NCBI RefSeq assembly: GCF_964355755.1
Contig: NC_092678.1
Location: 6,526,422 to 6,590,421 of the forward strand
Length of the DNA: 64,000 nt
Origin: Antedon mediterranea
Taxonomy: Eukaryota; Animalia; Echinodermata
Direction: 5' to 3'
In this document: positions 1-10,697 of the stretch, one piece after another
Position numbering within the stretch: position 1 is the first letter of the stretch
Layout of the letters: each line of letters starts with the position of its first letter
Position numbers and translations under genes: made by a program
Notes under the pieces: generated by a model
The model's input: the letters and a program-made list of their open reading frames with translations, nothing else
Database searches by the model: none
Told to the model about the DNA's origin: nothing

Positions 1-88
1 ATCTTTAATAGATTTTAGCTAGATCTCAATGAAATGAGTTAGGAAAAGGACAATTGAAAAGCGTTTGTATTTGAGGCTATAAGTACAG

Positions 89-185
89 TTTTTAGTCGCA
101 TACAACGCGACTATACAGCTCACTATGTTGGTTGGTCAAGACTAACTTGAGCACGCGCGACTGCAGGCATGTATATGGCCTTGTT
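89..185 (+). mobile_element. Short Helentron-associated (HINE/DINE-1-like) non-autonomous element
   Basis: Begins in a T-run. A 5' hairpin AGTCGC-atacaac-GCGACT (94-112) is followed by a GTTG/GTC microsatellite-like stretch, a second GCGACT (157-162) inverted to the 5' AGTCGC, a 3' hairpin AGGCAT-gtat-ATGGCCT and TTGTTTT. This is the layout described for DINE-1/HINE elements. Confidence 0.55.
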
Positions 186-496
186 TTGTACATAGCCTCA
201 CTTGTGACTGATTAACCTATAGAGAATGAGTAAGTAAGCCCAGCAAATAAAAGGACAGCCCCCTATCCCAATAACAAAAAATCAAACTGAGTAAATTACC
301 CAGACTATACAGCTCACTATGTTGGTTGGTCAAGACTAACTTGAGCACGCGCGACTGCAGGCATGTATATGGCCTTGTTTTGTACATAGCCTCACTTGTG
401 ACTGATTAACCTATAGAGAATGAGTAAGTAAGCCCAGCAAATAAAAGGACATCCCCCTATCCCAATAACAAAAAATCAAACTGAGTAAATTACCCA
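109..496. repeat. Near-perfect two-copy tandem duplication, 194-bp period
   Basis: 109-302 and 303-496 are identical apart from one difference I could see (gacagccccc vs gacatccccc). Confidence 0.95.
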
Positions 497-882
497 GCCT
501 AGCCCCTTAATACTGTGACTGATTAAGCATCAGAGAATGTATTTCTTTTTAACATCTGTGCTTCTATGATAGATTAGTATATGAATGACTAGAATGATCC
601 ATCAGTCATTATAGAAAAGAGCCACACATTGAAGATAATGTAAGGAGACATTGAGAATGTTGAGTAGATAAGAATAAGAGTATATGACAAAGTACAAAAC
701 AGAATATCATAATGACATATGTTTTATAGGTACTGTAAAGAAATAACATGATTTGTTTTTAAATGTAGCTAAGATGACATAATCAGTTTAACTGAAAATT
801 GATGAATTTTGGATTACGCCCTCTATGGACCTACAAACAGAAGGCAACAGTGCAATGCTTACCAAGAACATCTCAACTAGTG

Positions 883-980
883 ATAATCCCCTACTCGTTT
901 CGAATATTGTTCCATGTTCTTTATTGTGCATTAAACCACACACAGAACCAACAGACGTATGTCCCATCCGAAGGATGAGG
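883..980 (-). mobile_element. Decayed Deu/Nin-domain SINE core fragment
   Basis: cccctactcgtttcgaatatt...gttctttattgtgca...tcccatccgaagga aligns with the core of the SINE at 2486-2806 (ccccctacttgtctcgaaagat...gttctttaaagtgca...tccttatctgagaaga). Confidence 0.5.
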
Positions 981-1080
981 TATTCCTCATATATCATAAA
1001 CACAGATAAAAACACAGATGTCTCACACATTGGTACTGTATACCATCATGGCATGTCGTTCTAACAATGGTGTAAATTGT

Positions 1081-1155
1081 GCTCTAATGGTAGGACATCT
1101 ACATATCAAGCAGAAGGTTCCGAGTTCGATTCCCTGTTGGTGCTGCCTTTTCTCA
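1081..1155 (+). mobile_element. tRNA-derived SINE head (pol III A/B boxes), copy 1
   Basis: tctaatggtaggacatctacatatcaagcagaaggttccgaGTTCGATTCC; a closely related copy lies at 12330-12410. No convincing acceptor stem. Confidence 0.7.
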
Positions 1156-1844
1156 TTCTCAAAGATTTTCTCATCCTTTCTTCTAAATTAATTAACATTC
1201 AGAATAAACACTTGAGTGGTTCAGAATTTGTCAATTTATAATGTTTTAAAATTGTTACTAATACTACATTTCTCATTCAAGGTTTTTGTCTACTCCTTAC
1301 TAAAATTAGAAGCATCTACCTCTATAAATTTTAGATTGTATGCAGATACTATTAAGCTACTATATTTTAGTTTCATGGTAATTAATATATGTATGATAGT
1401 TATAAACACCATCATTAATAAGAAGGGTAGAAATTAAGTGATAGAATAACAAAAGTGCTGAAAGAGTTGATTAAGGGACTGTACATTAGCTTGGTGTTAA
1501 GTTTTGATTGATGCTTTTAAGACTTAACACATTGGTTGCTATGAACCCGGTGACCCACATCTGTGACCTACTTTGCTGGATATATTACATACTTCATTGA
1601 TGAGATTGAGGATGATTGATTGATAGATATGATATTGATGGCAGTATTCATATCTTGATTTTGAAATTAAAACCAAATAGGTCTACCCTAAAATTAATGT
1701 CAAGCTCACATTAAAGATTAATAATCTAATATTCAAATTAGTTTACTAAATATTATAAATCATATGAAAATTGTAGCAAATATGCCAATGTTGTCTTGTA
1801 TTATCAAGGCTTTATCTCGTTTTTGAGTTTCGATTCATTAAATG

Positions 1845-2122
1845 AGAACTTTTCTTGATGTGTGCTGTGGTCGATTATGACATCATAGTCTAAATTTAGT
1901 AAATACTTTACTTTACAGTTGAACCCCTGCACCAGTATTTAATGAACAAGAGGAAATATATGTTTTAATATTACAGCCAACACTTATTCAAGGAACGCTT
2001 ATTAAAGGGGCACTTTCTTGGGTCACAACAACCTATTCAAATTGATGTTTAAAGATGAACTTCTCTTGATGATATGTTGTAGTTGATTATGACATCATGG
2101 TCTAAATTTAGTATTTACTTTA
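1845..2122. repeat. Diverged local duplication, about 212-bp period, with the second copy interrupted by insertions
   Basis: gaactt(t/c)tcttgatg...gattatgacatcat(a/g)gtctaaatttagta occurs at about 1846-1902 and 2057-2113. Confidence 0.8.
1916..2030 (+). mobile_element. Tc1/mariner-type MITE family A (CAGTNGAACCCC termini), partial copy
   Basis: TA-cagttgaacccc start, and internal gaaatatatgttttaa...acagccaac..tattca shared with the copies at 2412, 9565, 17787, 47219, 56177 and 59662. Confidence 0.65.
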
Positions 2123-2412
2123 TTTAATAATAATACGAATTTGTAATGCGCCAATTCCGGCAGTAAGTGATCAAAGGCGCGGTGTATGAGAGAGCTCAAT
2201 TTGAAAGAAAAAGATGAGTTTTCAAGGCAGATTTAAAGGCAATAATAGAAGAACATAACCTAAGAGGCGGGTAGGTCATTCCATAAGCGAGAGGCAGCAG
2301 AAGTAAAGGTGCTTAGGCCATACGTTTTAGTGTTAAAAGTCGGAATGGAAAGGAGATTTTTTAAAGAGGAGCGAAGGTGACGGGAAGGTATGTTCAGAGG
2401 AAGAAGGTCAGA
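2120..2412 (-). mobile_element. 3' end of an L2/CR1-group LINE (RT ORF C-terminus, 3' UTR and TAT/TAA tail)
   Basis: The minus-strand translation SDLLPLNIPSRHLRSSLKNLLSIPTFNTKTYGLSTFTSAASRLWNDLP...FKSALKTHLF matches the typical C-terminal motif of L2/CR1-group ORF2 (P.R.LRSS...KTYG...F...A..LWN.LP...FK..LKTHLF). It is followed by a short UTR and a simple-repeat tail, and is 5'-truncated. Confidence 0.85.
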
Positions 2413-2666
2413 GAGTAGAACTCCTGCTTTGGGGACATCCATATTAAATGAAGAGTATATGTTTTAACATCACAGCCAACCCCTATTTATTGATTGATTG
2501 AAATATATATTTATACTGGATAACCTCTTCAGTCAAAGACTGGTCTCCCAGAGGGCCCAGTTGGTGATCAGTGGCTGTGATGTACTAATACACCGGGGTA
2601 ACCCCCTACTTGTCTCGAAAGATGTATTAGGTTCTTTAAAGTGCACACGAGCTAGATGTGTACACT

Positions 2667-2700
<34 letters not shown>

Positions 2701-2851
2701 TCGTTCTACCACCAGAACCATGGAGTGAGTGAGCCTCGAACCCATGCCGATGTTATGGCTACGTAATTACGGTTCCACTGTCTTAACCGCTCAGCCACTC
2801 ACTCACTTCTTTAAGGGACGCCCCAAATAAGGTAACACTTTATTGCGTCCC
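2412..2851 (+). mobile_element. MITE family A copy split by a SINE insertion
   Basis: gtagaactcctgctttggggacat...acagccaacccctatt (2414-2487) resumes as taagggacgcccc...acactttattgcgtccc (2812-2851) after the SINE. Confidence 0.65.
2486..2806 (-). mobile_element. Apparently full-length tRNA-derived SINE with Deu/Nin-like core and (CAAT)n tail
   Basis: On the minus strand: A box TGGCTGAGCGG, B box GGTTCGAGGC, core gataaggactataaaccgtaggtcc...gcactttaaagaacc...ttcgagacaagtagggggttaccccggtgt resembling the DeuSINE/AmnSINE domain as I recall it, and tail caatcaatcaataaat. Confidence 0.85.
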
Positions 2852-3842
2852 AATGATGTAATGTCTCTTTATATAATTAATTAGAATATTAATAATGGTT
2901 CTATTGATTCGTTCTACCACCAACCTATTTAATTTGATGTTTATATTAACTGGGATAAGTTATAATATATTTATATGAAATTAATACTTTTCAACAATAT
3001 ATGACAAATTATGTGTAATACTTCAACGGTCATGAGTTAGTGGATTAAGAGCGATTGTTTGGACATTGACCAGGAGACCGTCTGGCCAGACATGACAGTT
3101 TTTAATCATCTGTATTTACTATTGTCTGTCTGCAGTTTGTATTGTCTTCCATTAATTGATTAAGCTGTTAAGTGGACATAGAATTAATTATGTGAAACCT
3201 ATTGTCATTCTACCCTATTACTGAAAATCTTTAATTGAAATTACTTAATGACCTTCCCCAATTAATTAATTAAGTTGATAAACTATTTTCAGATTTGTTG
3301 TAATTTAGTAATTTTAATTTATTTATATCTGCACTAATATTTAGCCCTGTCTTTACATTTTTGTTTATTTGTGAGCATTTTCATAGTAGCATAGTTAGAA
3401 TGTGGTAAGAAAGAAAGTGGATTGACTACTGTGTGTGCTTTCAAGTGTTCATGTTGTGGTCTGTATGGCATGCCTATGTATGAATAAAACTACACACCTT
3501 AGGAAGAGTGTCATAATAATTGTAATGATTTGTAATAATAATGTATTTTTGCTTTGTTGTTTTATTGTCTTTTATGGCAAGCAAAACAAATTTTCATTTT
3601 AAAGTGGACCAATAAAATTTCTTAAATCTTGAATAAGCAATGCCATGTGGTATGTTCACACGCACTAGAGTTAATTTATGCATAAAAGCTAAGCTCATTC
3701 AAATCATCGAGTTACAATTGATGTAATTAATGTGATCAGTTAACTCTCTTATACTGTACCTCTATGTCGTTAACTGATATAACTCTATATAAACTATATA
3801 TATATATATATATCCGATGATCTAGTGCAAGGGTTATATTAA

Positions 3843-4271
3843 CTCACTGGTGTTTCCACTTTACTCCCTAAACATCTCACTGGTGTTTCCACTTTACTCC
3901 CTAAACATCTCACTGGTGTTTCCACTTTACTCCCTAAACATCTCAATGGTGTTTCCACTTTACTCGCTAAACATCTCACTGGTGTTTCCACTTTACTTGC
4001 TAAACATCTCACTGGTGTTTCCACTTTACTCCCTAAACATCTCAATGGTGTTTCCACTTTACTCCCTAAACATCTCACTTGTGTTTCCACTTTACTCCCT
4101 AAACATCTCAATGGTGTTTCCACTTTACTCCCTAAACATCTCAATGGTGTTTCCACTTTACTCCCTAAACATCTCACTGGTGTTTCCACTTTACTCGCTA
4201 AACATCTCGCTGGTGTTTCCACTTTACTCCCTAAACATCTCACTGGTGTTTCCACTTTACTCCCTAAACAT
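3843..4271. repeat. 33-bp minisatellite, 13 copies
   Basis: Unit ctcactggtgtttccactttactccctaaacat; 429 bp = 13 x 33. It explains the ORFs 3839-4255(-) and 3850-4278(+). Confidence 0.97.
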
Positions 4272-5353
4272 TAAATGAGTTTATAAACATGTTACAGTTT
4301 CCCTTCTGTAATAGTTGAATGTGTTTTAGAAAGGTAAACTGCAATATTGACTATATTCAATAAAAAACATGTAAATATTACTTATAAAGAGATGTCCTCT
4401 TGGACAATTTCCTTATAAGTACGCACAAAATATTGCAAAAAGATATTAAAAGCGTCAGTATGTTTGTTTACCATTGTATGACAGTGATGTCTATACAATG
4501 ATAGTGATGATGCTTAGGTTGTACTGAGTCATTCAACTCTGATAAAAACTAAGCCTGCAGAACCGTAATCGCTCATGGATAAAGTTAGTTCATTAAAACG
4601 TGAAAGAAATAATTTAAAACAATGATAAATCAAATTATTATTATATAAAAGTAGTATGTAATTTCATCATTTATATTTTTTTTTCATGTGATCATCCAGG
4701 CTTCAAGTTTTTTTTCAAATTTAGGGGAACGCTATTGGACGCGGACTTGTATATGATATAAAATAAACACATTTTATTCATGGAGAAAACATTCAGATAA
4801 TAAAAACACATTTGATATTTTATGCACATACATTTGTTAAATGCCAAAAAAAAGGAAAAAATAAAAAAGAAAAATCAATTTACTGTAATGGAAAATGATG
4901 ACCAAATTTAGGAATACAAAAGAGAATTTCGATATTTATGAAAGTGATATTTATGAACTAAAAACACAACAAAAAACAATAACAATTTTGCTCATAAATC
5001 CACTGATACTGCATGCCAACTTAAGTAAGTCTGCCAAAGCCCTCTGGGACTAGTACTTAATGCTTAGCTTTTCGGAGCGCACATATCTATCTTATGTCAT
5101 GGCCTACATTTACATTAGAGTAACTGCCCATGGGCGGTATAAAGTCTCTTAAATGTTTAACAATCGAATGAATCTGTGTATCATCTACCCTAGAGGTAGA
5201 GATGCGTAGACATTTGGTCTTATAATTTGAAAAAAAAAAAACATATATCCCATCTTATTGAGATTTGTTTGTTTGCATTAATGTAAATATATCGGTTTAA
5301 AAAACAAATATTGGATCCCACTTTTTTTGGGGTGGGGGGGGGGGGGTGGATAA

Positions 5354-6374
5354 TACCATTTAAATTCTAGGGATGTTTAGATAATTTTATTTTCAGGATG
5401 AAATAGACATGTTGGTTTATCCAAGTAAGTGGTTGTCACATTTTGGTTTGTCTTTCTATGCTTTGCTGTACACAAATGGTGGATCTCCTAATTGATGTAT
5501 GGGTTGTGGATTGTACCATTTGAATAGAGGGATGTTCAATTAGATTAATTCTATAAAAGGGATAGGCATATGTTGGTTTATCCAAGTAAGTGGTTGTCAC
5601 ATTTTGGTTTGTCTTTCTATGCTTTGCTGTACACAAATGGTGGATCTCCTAATTGATGTATGGGTTGTGGATTGTACCATTTGAATAGAGGGATGTTCAA
5701 TTAGATTAATTCTATAAAAGGGATAGGCATATGTTGGTTTATCCAAGTAAGTGGTTGTCACATTTTGGTTTGTCTTTCTATGCTTTGCTGTACACAAATG
5801 GTGGATCTCCTAATTGATGTATGGGTTGTGGATTGTACCATTTGAATAGAGGGATGTTCAATTAGATTAATTCTATAAAAGGGATAGGCATATGTTGGTT
5901 TATCCAAGTAAGTGCCACCTTTTGGCTTGTGTATTACTTACTGTTGCACAAATGGTGATTGCTCCACTTCATGTATGTTTTGTGGTGTATACCATTTGAA
6001 TAAAGGGATGTTCAGTTAATGTAATTCTATAAAAGGAATAGGTATATGTTGGTTTATCCAAGTAAGTGCCACCTTTTGGTTTGTGTATTTACCTACTGTT
6101 GTACAAATAATGGTTGCTCCACTTCATGTATGTTTTGTGGTTTATACCATTTGAATAAAGGGATGTTCAGTTAATATAATTCTATAAAAGGAATAGGTAT
6201 ATGTTGGTTTATCCAAGTAAGTGCCACCTTTTGGTTTGTGTATTTACCTACTGTTGTACAAATAATGGTTGCTCCACTTCATGTATGTTTTGTGGTTTAT
6301 ACCATTTGAATAAAGGGATGTTCAGTTAATGTAATTCTATAAAAGGAATAGGTATTATGTTGGTTTATCCAAGT
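5354..6374. repeat. Satellite-like tandem array: three 161-bp type-A units, then three 154-156-bp type-B units
   Basis: The anchor tgttggtttatccaagt occurs at 5410, 5571, 5732, 5893, 6047, 6202 and 6358, with a degenerate partial unit at 5354-5409. Confidence 0.95.
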
Positions 6375-6920
6375 TGGGGCTCTGAGTTCTCGTTTGCAAT
6401 AATTCAAAACATTATCCATAGCTATAAAACCATGATGATATCCTTAATGTTAAGAAGATAAGTTGTGAAATCAGAGATTGATTCAGATTTGTTTTTAATT
6501 TGCTTTCATTCGACAGAATAATGTGTTTTTGAAGTGTGAATTTCTGCTGAGCCATCTGTTGTTGAATGGCTATTGAGAATTATAGTGTTTAGCTAGTCAC
6601 ATGTAACATTCTTTGATAATAATAATGTGTCATATCTGCTTTTAATTTGAATTACATTTAATAATTGTCTTTGCATTATGGTTGATTTATAGTATATCAT
6701 TTTTGTGACAAAAAGTTGAAGTTCTAAATGCATTGTATTTGTATGAAATGTTTTTATTGGATGTAATTATATTAAATATAAATAATAAATTTTGAACCCA
6801 GTCTCTTAATTTTACACTGCCTATGTTTACACTCTCAGTAGTATGCAAACATATAGAATGTTTATATAATTCCAAAAGCTTCATAGGCAAATATTTTAAC
6901 CTGCCCCAATAGAAATTTAT

Positions 6921-6960
6921 TAAAACGACATGTTTCGGGCATTAGTCCATCTTCTGGTGA
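6921..6960 (-). ncRNA. Degenerate minimal hammerhead-ribozyme-like motif (Penelope-type)
   Basis: Minus strand tcac-CAGAAGA-tggactaatgccc-GAAAC-at-GTC-gtttt-AATAAA has one mismatch to the CUGANGA core, an imperfect stem II, a palindromic ACATGT stem III and a GUC triplet. Confidence 0.45.
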
Positions 6961-7891
6961 TGAATACTGTAACAATTTAGTATAGGCTGAAATTATATAG
7001 GATCAGTACATATCGTTTGACCAAATATGGGGTTGGTTGTTTCATAAATTGTTTTATCTCAATAAGTTATGCCAAGTAATCTAATTTACTATATGAAGTA
7101 ACAGAAACTTTATTTTTGAAAAGTTACACTTAGGCTGCAATTATATATCTGTATTATATTGCATCATATGACCATATATGGGGCTGCTTGTTCCTTTAAC
7201 TAAATACTTTAATTTGCTTCCATAAAATACTTGTTGGCATCCATTACAAAGTATTGCTGGGAAAATTGAACATTTCTTTTATGCACAGTTGGTCCGCACA
7301 TTTCCAAAAGATGCTAGTTTGGTCGTTTATCTCAGTTGGTGTTCTGTTTCACAATTCCAGATTGATAGATACTGTATTCCAAAATAGTAGTACTCTACTA
7401 AAATTCTTACAAATTAAAAAGAAGAGTTGAAATAACATTTAATTTAGTGTTTAGTGTGGTAAAGGGTTAAGGGTAATTCACCAATGGAAAGTAGTTAGTA
7501 ACAGTATGTGATACTTCAGCCCCTACTGTGTAAAAGTTATAAGACAAATTTGGACAAATTATTTCTGCAAGTGGTTGTACTTGTTGATCGGTTCGGAACT
7601 CTGTTTGCGACAGTTTGTTGTAATCGTTGCTGAAATATATGGACCAGTGATACAAATGAACGACTGTGGAGAAAAAAAGAGCATCCATCCGAGAAACAAT
7701 TACAAGATCTTCTTTCCCATCATCAATCTATCTTTCAAGTTACCGAAAAGATGCTGTTAATAAATATTTATAAGTTAGTGATTTCTAATCTTTATACGAT
7801 AAATTGCTATATAATTGTGTTTCAACTGAGAATGAATTAAAAGAAAGAAACTTAATCGCAATAAAATGAGATGGTTAATTTTCTTCAATTA

Positions 7892-8554
7892 CCGTACTGA
7901 CGCGGGTATAAGCCCATACTCGGGTATAAGCCCACCCCCAACTTTTGACTAATTTTCATGAAAAATGAGGCACTCGGGTATAAGCCCACCCATTAATTCG
8001 AAGATCTACAGTGTGTGTCGTAATACATTATTTTGCATTTGCCGACGTCCATACACCGAATATACCTACCTTTGATCATAACCAAGCTAGGCTAATATAC
8101 GCTAGGCCATATGAGGCCTAGCGGTCCTGTTTTGTTTACACTCCATTGCGGTCGAAGATCGCTTCACACACGACGCTACAAGTCGCCAAAACGGAAAACC
8201 ACTATTTGGTATCGGCTGCCATAAACAAGCTTATAAAATTTCTTTGGTACATTTCTATTTAACGAACATTGTATACTTGCTTTTCTGCTTGATAAAATTC
8301 TTGTTAAATTGATGTTTAAAATAAGATGTTCTACGATTTTAAATTACACGAACTAATTTTCCGACACTCTACACCTCGTGTATTTAGAGGCAACGTCGTA
8401 CACGTGAGGGCGCTCGCTCGCATGGTGGAATACACAGTGTACATGTGCTGTTTTTGACGATCTGCATTTTTGGATCCTCGGGTATAAGCCCACCCCCCAA
8501 ACTTGACGTGATTTGATGTTCGAGGGGGGTGGGCTTATACCCGCGTCAGTACGG
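7892..8554. mobile_element. Tc1/mariner-pogo-type MITE, 663 bp
   Basis: Perfect 25-bp TIR ccgtactgacgcgggtataagccca / tgggcttatacccgcgtcagtacgg; TA on both flanks (7890-91, 8555-56); cgggtataagccca is reiterated at about 7921, 7975 and 8479. Confidence 0.95.
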
Positions 8555-9564
8555 TACTAGATATTTAGTTGAATTCTTTGCTCAGTTCAGGTAAGACCAA
8601 TGCGGGTTGAACCTACTGTTAAAATTAGTTACATGATAAATTCTGTTTTACCTTTAGCGTATTAAATTTCTAATTTCAATTAAATAGGTTAAAATTATAG
8701 AGATTGGATTTATAAATAAATTTCTTGCCGATTATAAAATAATACAGTAGTAATATTTTTGTTAAAACAAATTTTAATAGTCCTTTTAATGTTACTATTA
8801 CAATTTTTTGTCGATACTTGTAGTTGATCATCTTCCACATACTATGCATTGGAGAAAGATCAATTTAGGCCTATGCCTATTGCTTGTTTCTAGCAAGATT
8901 TTTCTTAATGCCGAATAAATATTATCTCTTTTAAATTAAAAATTGTGTACATTCCAAATTTCTTTACTGTATACTTTCATGAAGGTGAATAAAATTTCTT
9001 GTAAATTTAAGATCTTCAGAGGCAAATTTAAATCCGATTTTAAAATTTAAAAACAAATTTGTTAACATTAAAATTGAGGTTGAATTGACGGTTAATGTAT
9101 TGCCTGTGTAACATTTGTGTACATTAATAATTAAAGTATCATATTTAGTTGTCGCAATCTGTTATTTTTGACATTTGTACATCATTTGTGTGTTTGATAA
9201 TCCAGTTTACACATACAAGTTGCCTCCGGACATTCATGTTCTAGTTAACTACTCAAATAGTCGCAAAATAATATTGAACATTATGTCACAATTGAAGAAT
9301 CGTAAAGTCACTTTCTCAAAATCAATACTGTGAGTTTGAGACGACGCCAACAAATGATGCTGTATATAGTACAGATGATATCTGGCATAGCTTCCTGACC
9401 AACTTTTCATGGTGTCCTAATTTTAAGAACACTGTAAATTATTCACCATATAATTTTTTTTGTCATATCTCAAGTGATTTATATAGCTGTATACCTATAA
9501 GCAGCTATACCAAAGCTAAAGAATCACGTACAAGAGAGAGAGGGGTAGGGCTTTTTAATGATAT

Positions 9565-9705
9565 GAGTGGAACCCTATTCAAGGGGACACTTCCTTGAAG
9601 GAAATGGGGGAAATTGTAACACTACGACAAACCCCTATTCAGGGGACATTTCTGTTAAGTGATGTCGTTGTGTTCCAAAGGTGTCCCCTTAATAGGGGTT
9701 TACTG
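9565..9705. mobile_element. MITE family A copy
   Basis: gagtggaaccctattcaaggggacac ... gtgtccccttaataggggtttactg form inverted ends; internal aacccctattcaggggaca. Confidence 0.75.
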
Positions 9706-9821
9706 TTTTTTTTATAAAAGAAAAAGTGAGATTGAATGAACAGCAGATACAGTGAATATCCTGATTTTATGAAGGTGTGTCTATAGCTAGTATCCCCCGC
9801 CCATATTCTTTATTCTTCTAA

Positions 9822-9952
9822 AGCTTTATATGACAAAAAAATGTGATGTGGACATGATGATGTTATATTACTATCATATTTAGGAATATCACTACCATAT
9901 TTGGGCACATAACACTTTTTTGTCAATCTAGTTTGATAGTGTAGACAGAGCT
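9822..9952 (-). mobile_element. Short PIF/Harbinger-type MITE family B, partial copy
   Basis: Ends ttgatagtgtagacagagct-taa, and is the reverse complement of the copy at 12484-12646. Confidence 0.8.
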
Positions 9953-10496
9953 TAAAGATGGGTTGAGAATGTTAGAACTGGTCACAATTGGATGACAATC
10001 TAAATACTGGCAGTTTGCTGGCCAGGTTGCAGCGTGATCAAGAAGTCTTTTAATTAGCATACATTGTAGACAAAGTAGTATCTAGTAGAAGTATTAATTA
10101 ATAGTTATTAATATTTTAGCAGTGTTTACAAAACACAGCTGAGACAAATATCAACCTCATTTCCATAGTCAAAGTCAATCAAATTGATTTGATACGGTAT
10201 TGCTTTCAGCTCTGATGTACCATCGCATCGATTATTGCTGTCTGGTTAAGCAGTCTGGATTCTTTCAGATTATTTGATTTTATCTTCTGTTCCAATATCT
10301 TGATGTTGACAATGATTCAATCATAATTACAGCTCGATTTACCGCTAGCCCAACATACAGTCTGTAAAGATCGCTAAATGTTGTATTTGTTCGGTCTTTT
10401 CACTTTCTAATAATAGCAACTGAAATACAGTAGTAAGTTGTGGCTGTCTATATATTGCGCATATATGCTGTGACTAATGTACGATCACTAAAAACC

Positions 10497-10697
10497 ATGT
10501 CAAAATTGTTCTACTGCAGTTGCTGCAGTAACTAAATTTTGTTTATATTCTTTATCCTGTTTGTGTAATTATATACCAAACTTTTTTTGATATACAGTAC
10601 ATACTGAACATTGACTGCCTTCTACAAATAAACTAAGAACATGTTGCAGAAAATATAGGTTGGTACTGCAGTAACTGCAGTAGGTTAATTTTAACAT
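10497..10697. mobile_element. About 200-bp MITE with imperfect ~35-bp TIRs
   Basis: atgtcaaaattgttctactgcagttgctgcagta vs tactgcagtaactgcagtaggttaattttaacat; a related end occurs at about 37610-37643. Confidence 0.7.

Noticed and set aside
1081-1155. Possible tRNA gene (also 12330-12410 and 33773-33830)
   Set aside because: A/B boxes are present but I found no consistent acceptor or T stems; the divergent dispersed copies fit SINE heads.
3839-4278. 138-aa and 142-aa repetitive ORFs, and a CRISPR-like appearance
   Set aside because: This is a head-to-tail 33-bp minisatellite with no unique spacers and no cas genes, in a eukaryotic context.
5329-5346. Poly-G/poly-C tracts (also 54069-54088 and about 58745-58760)
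   Set aside because: They are simple homopolymers; G-quadruplex potential is generic and nothing here points to function.
5436-5797. Two identical 66-aa ORFs
   Set aside because: They are a by-product of identical 161-bp satellite units.
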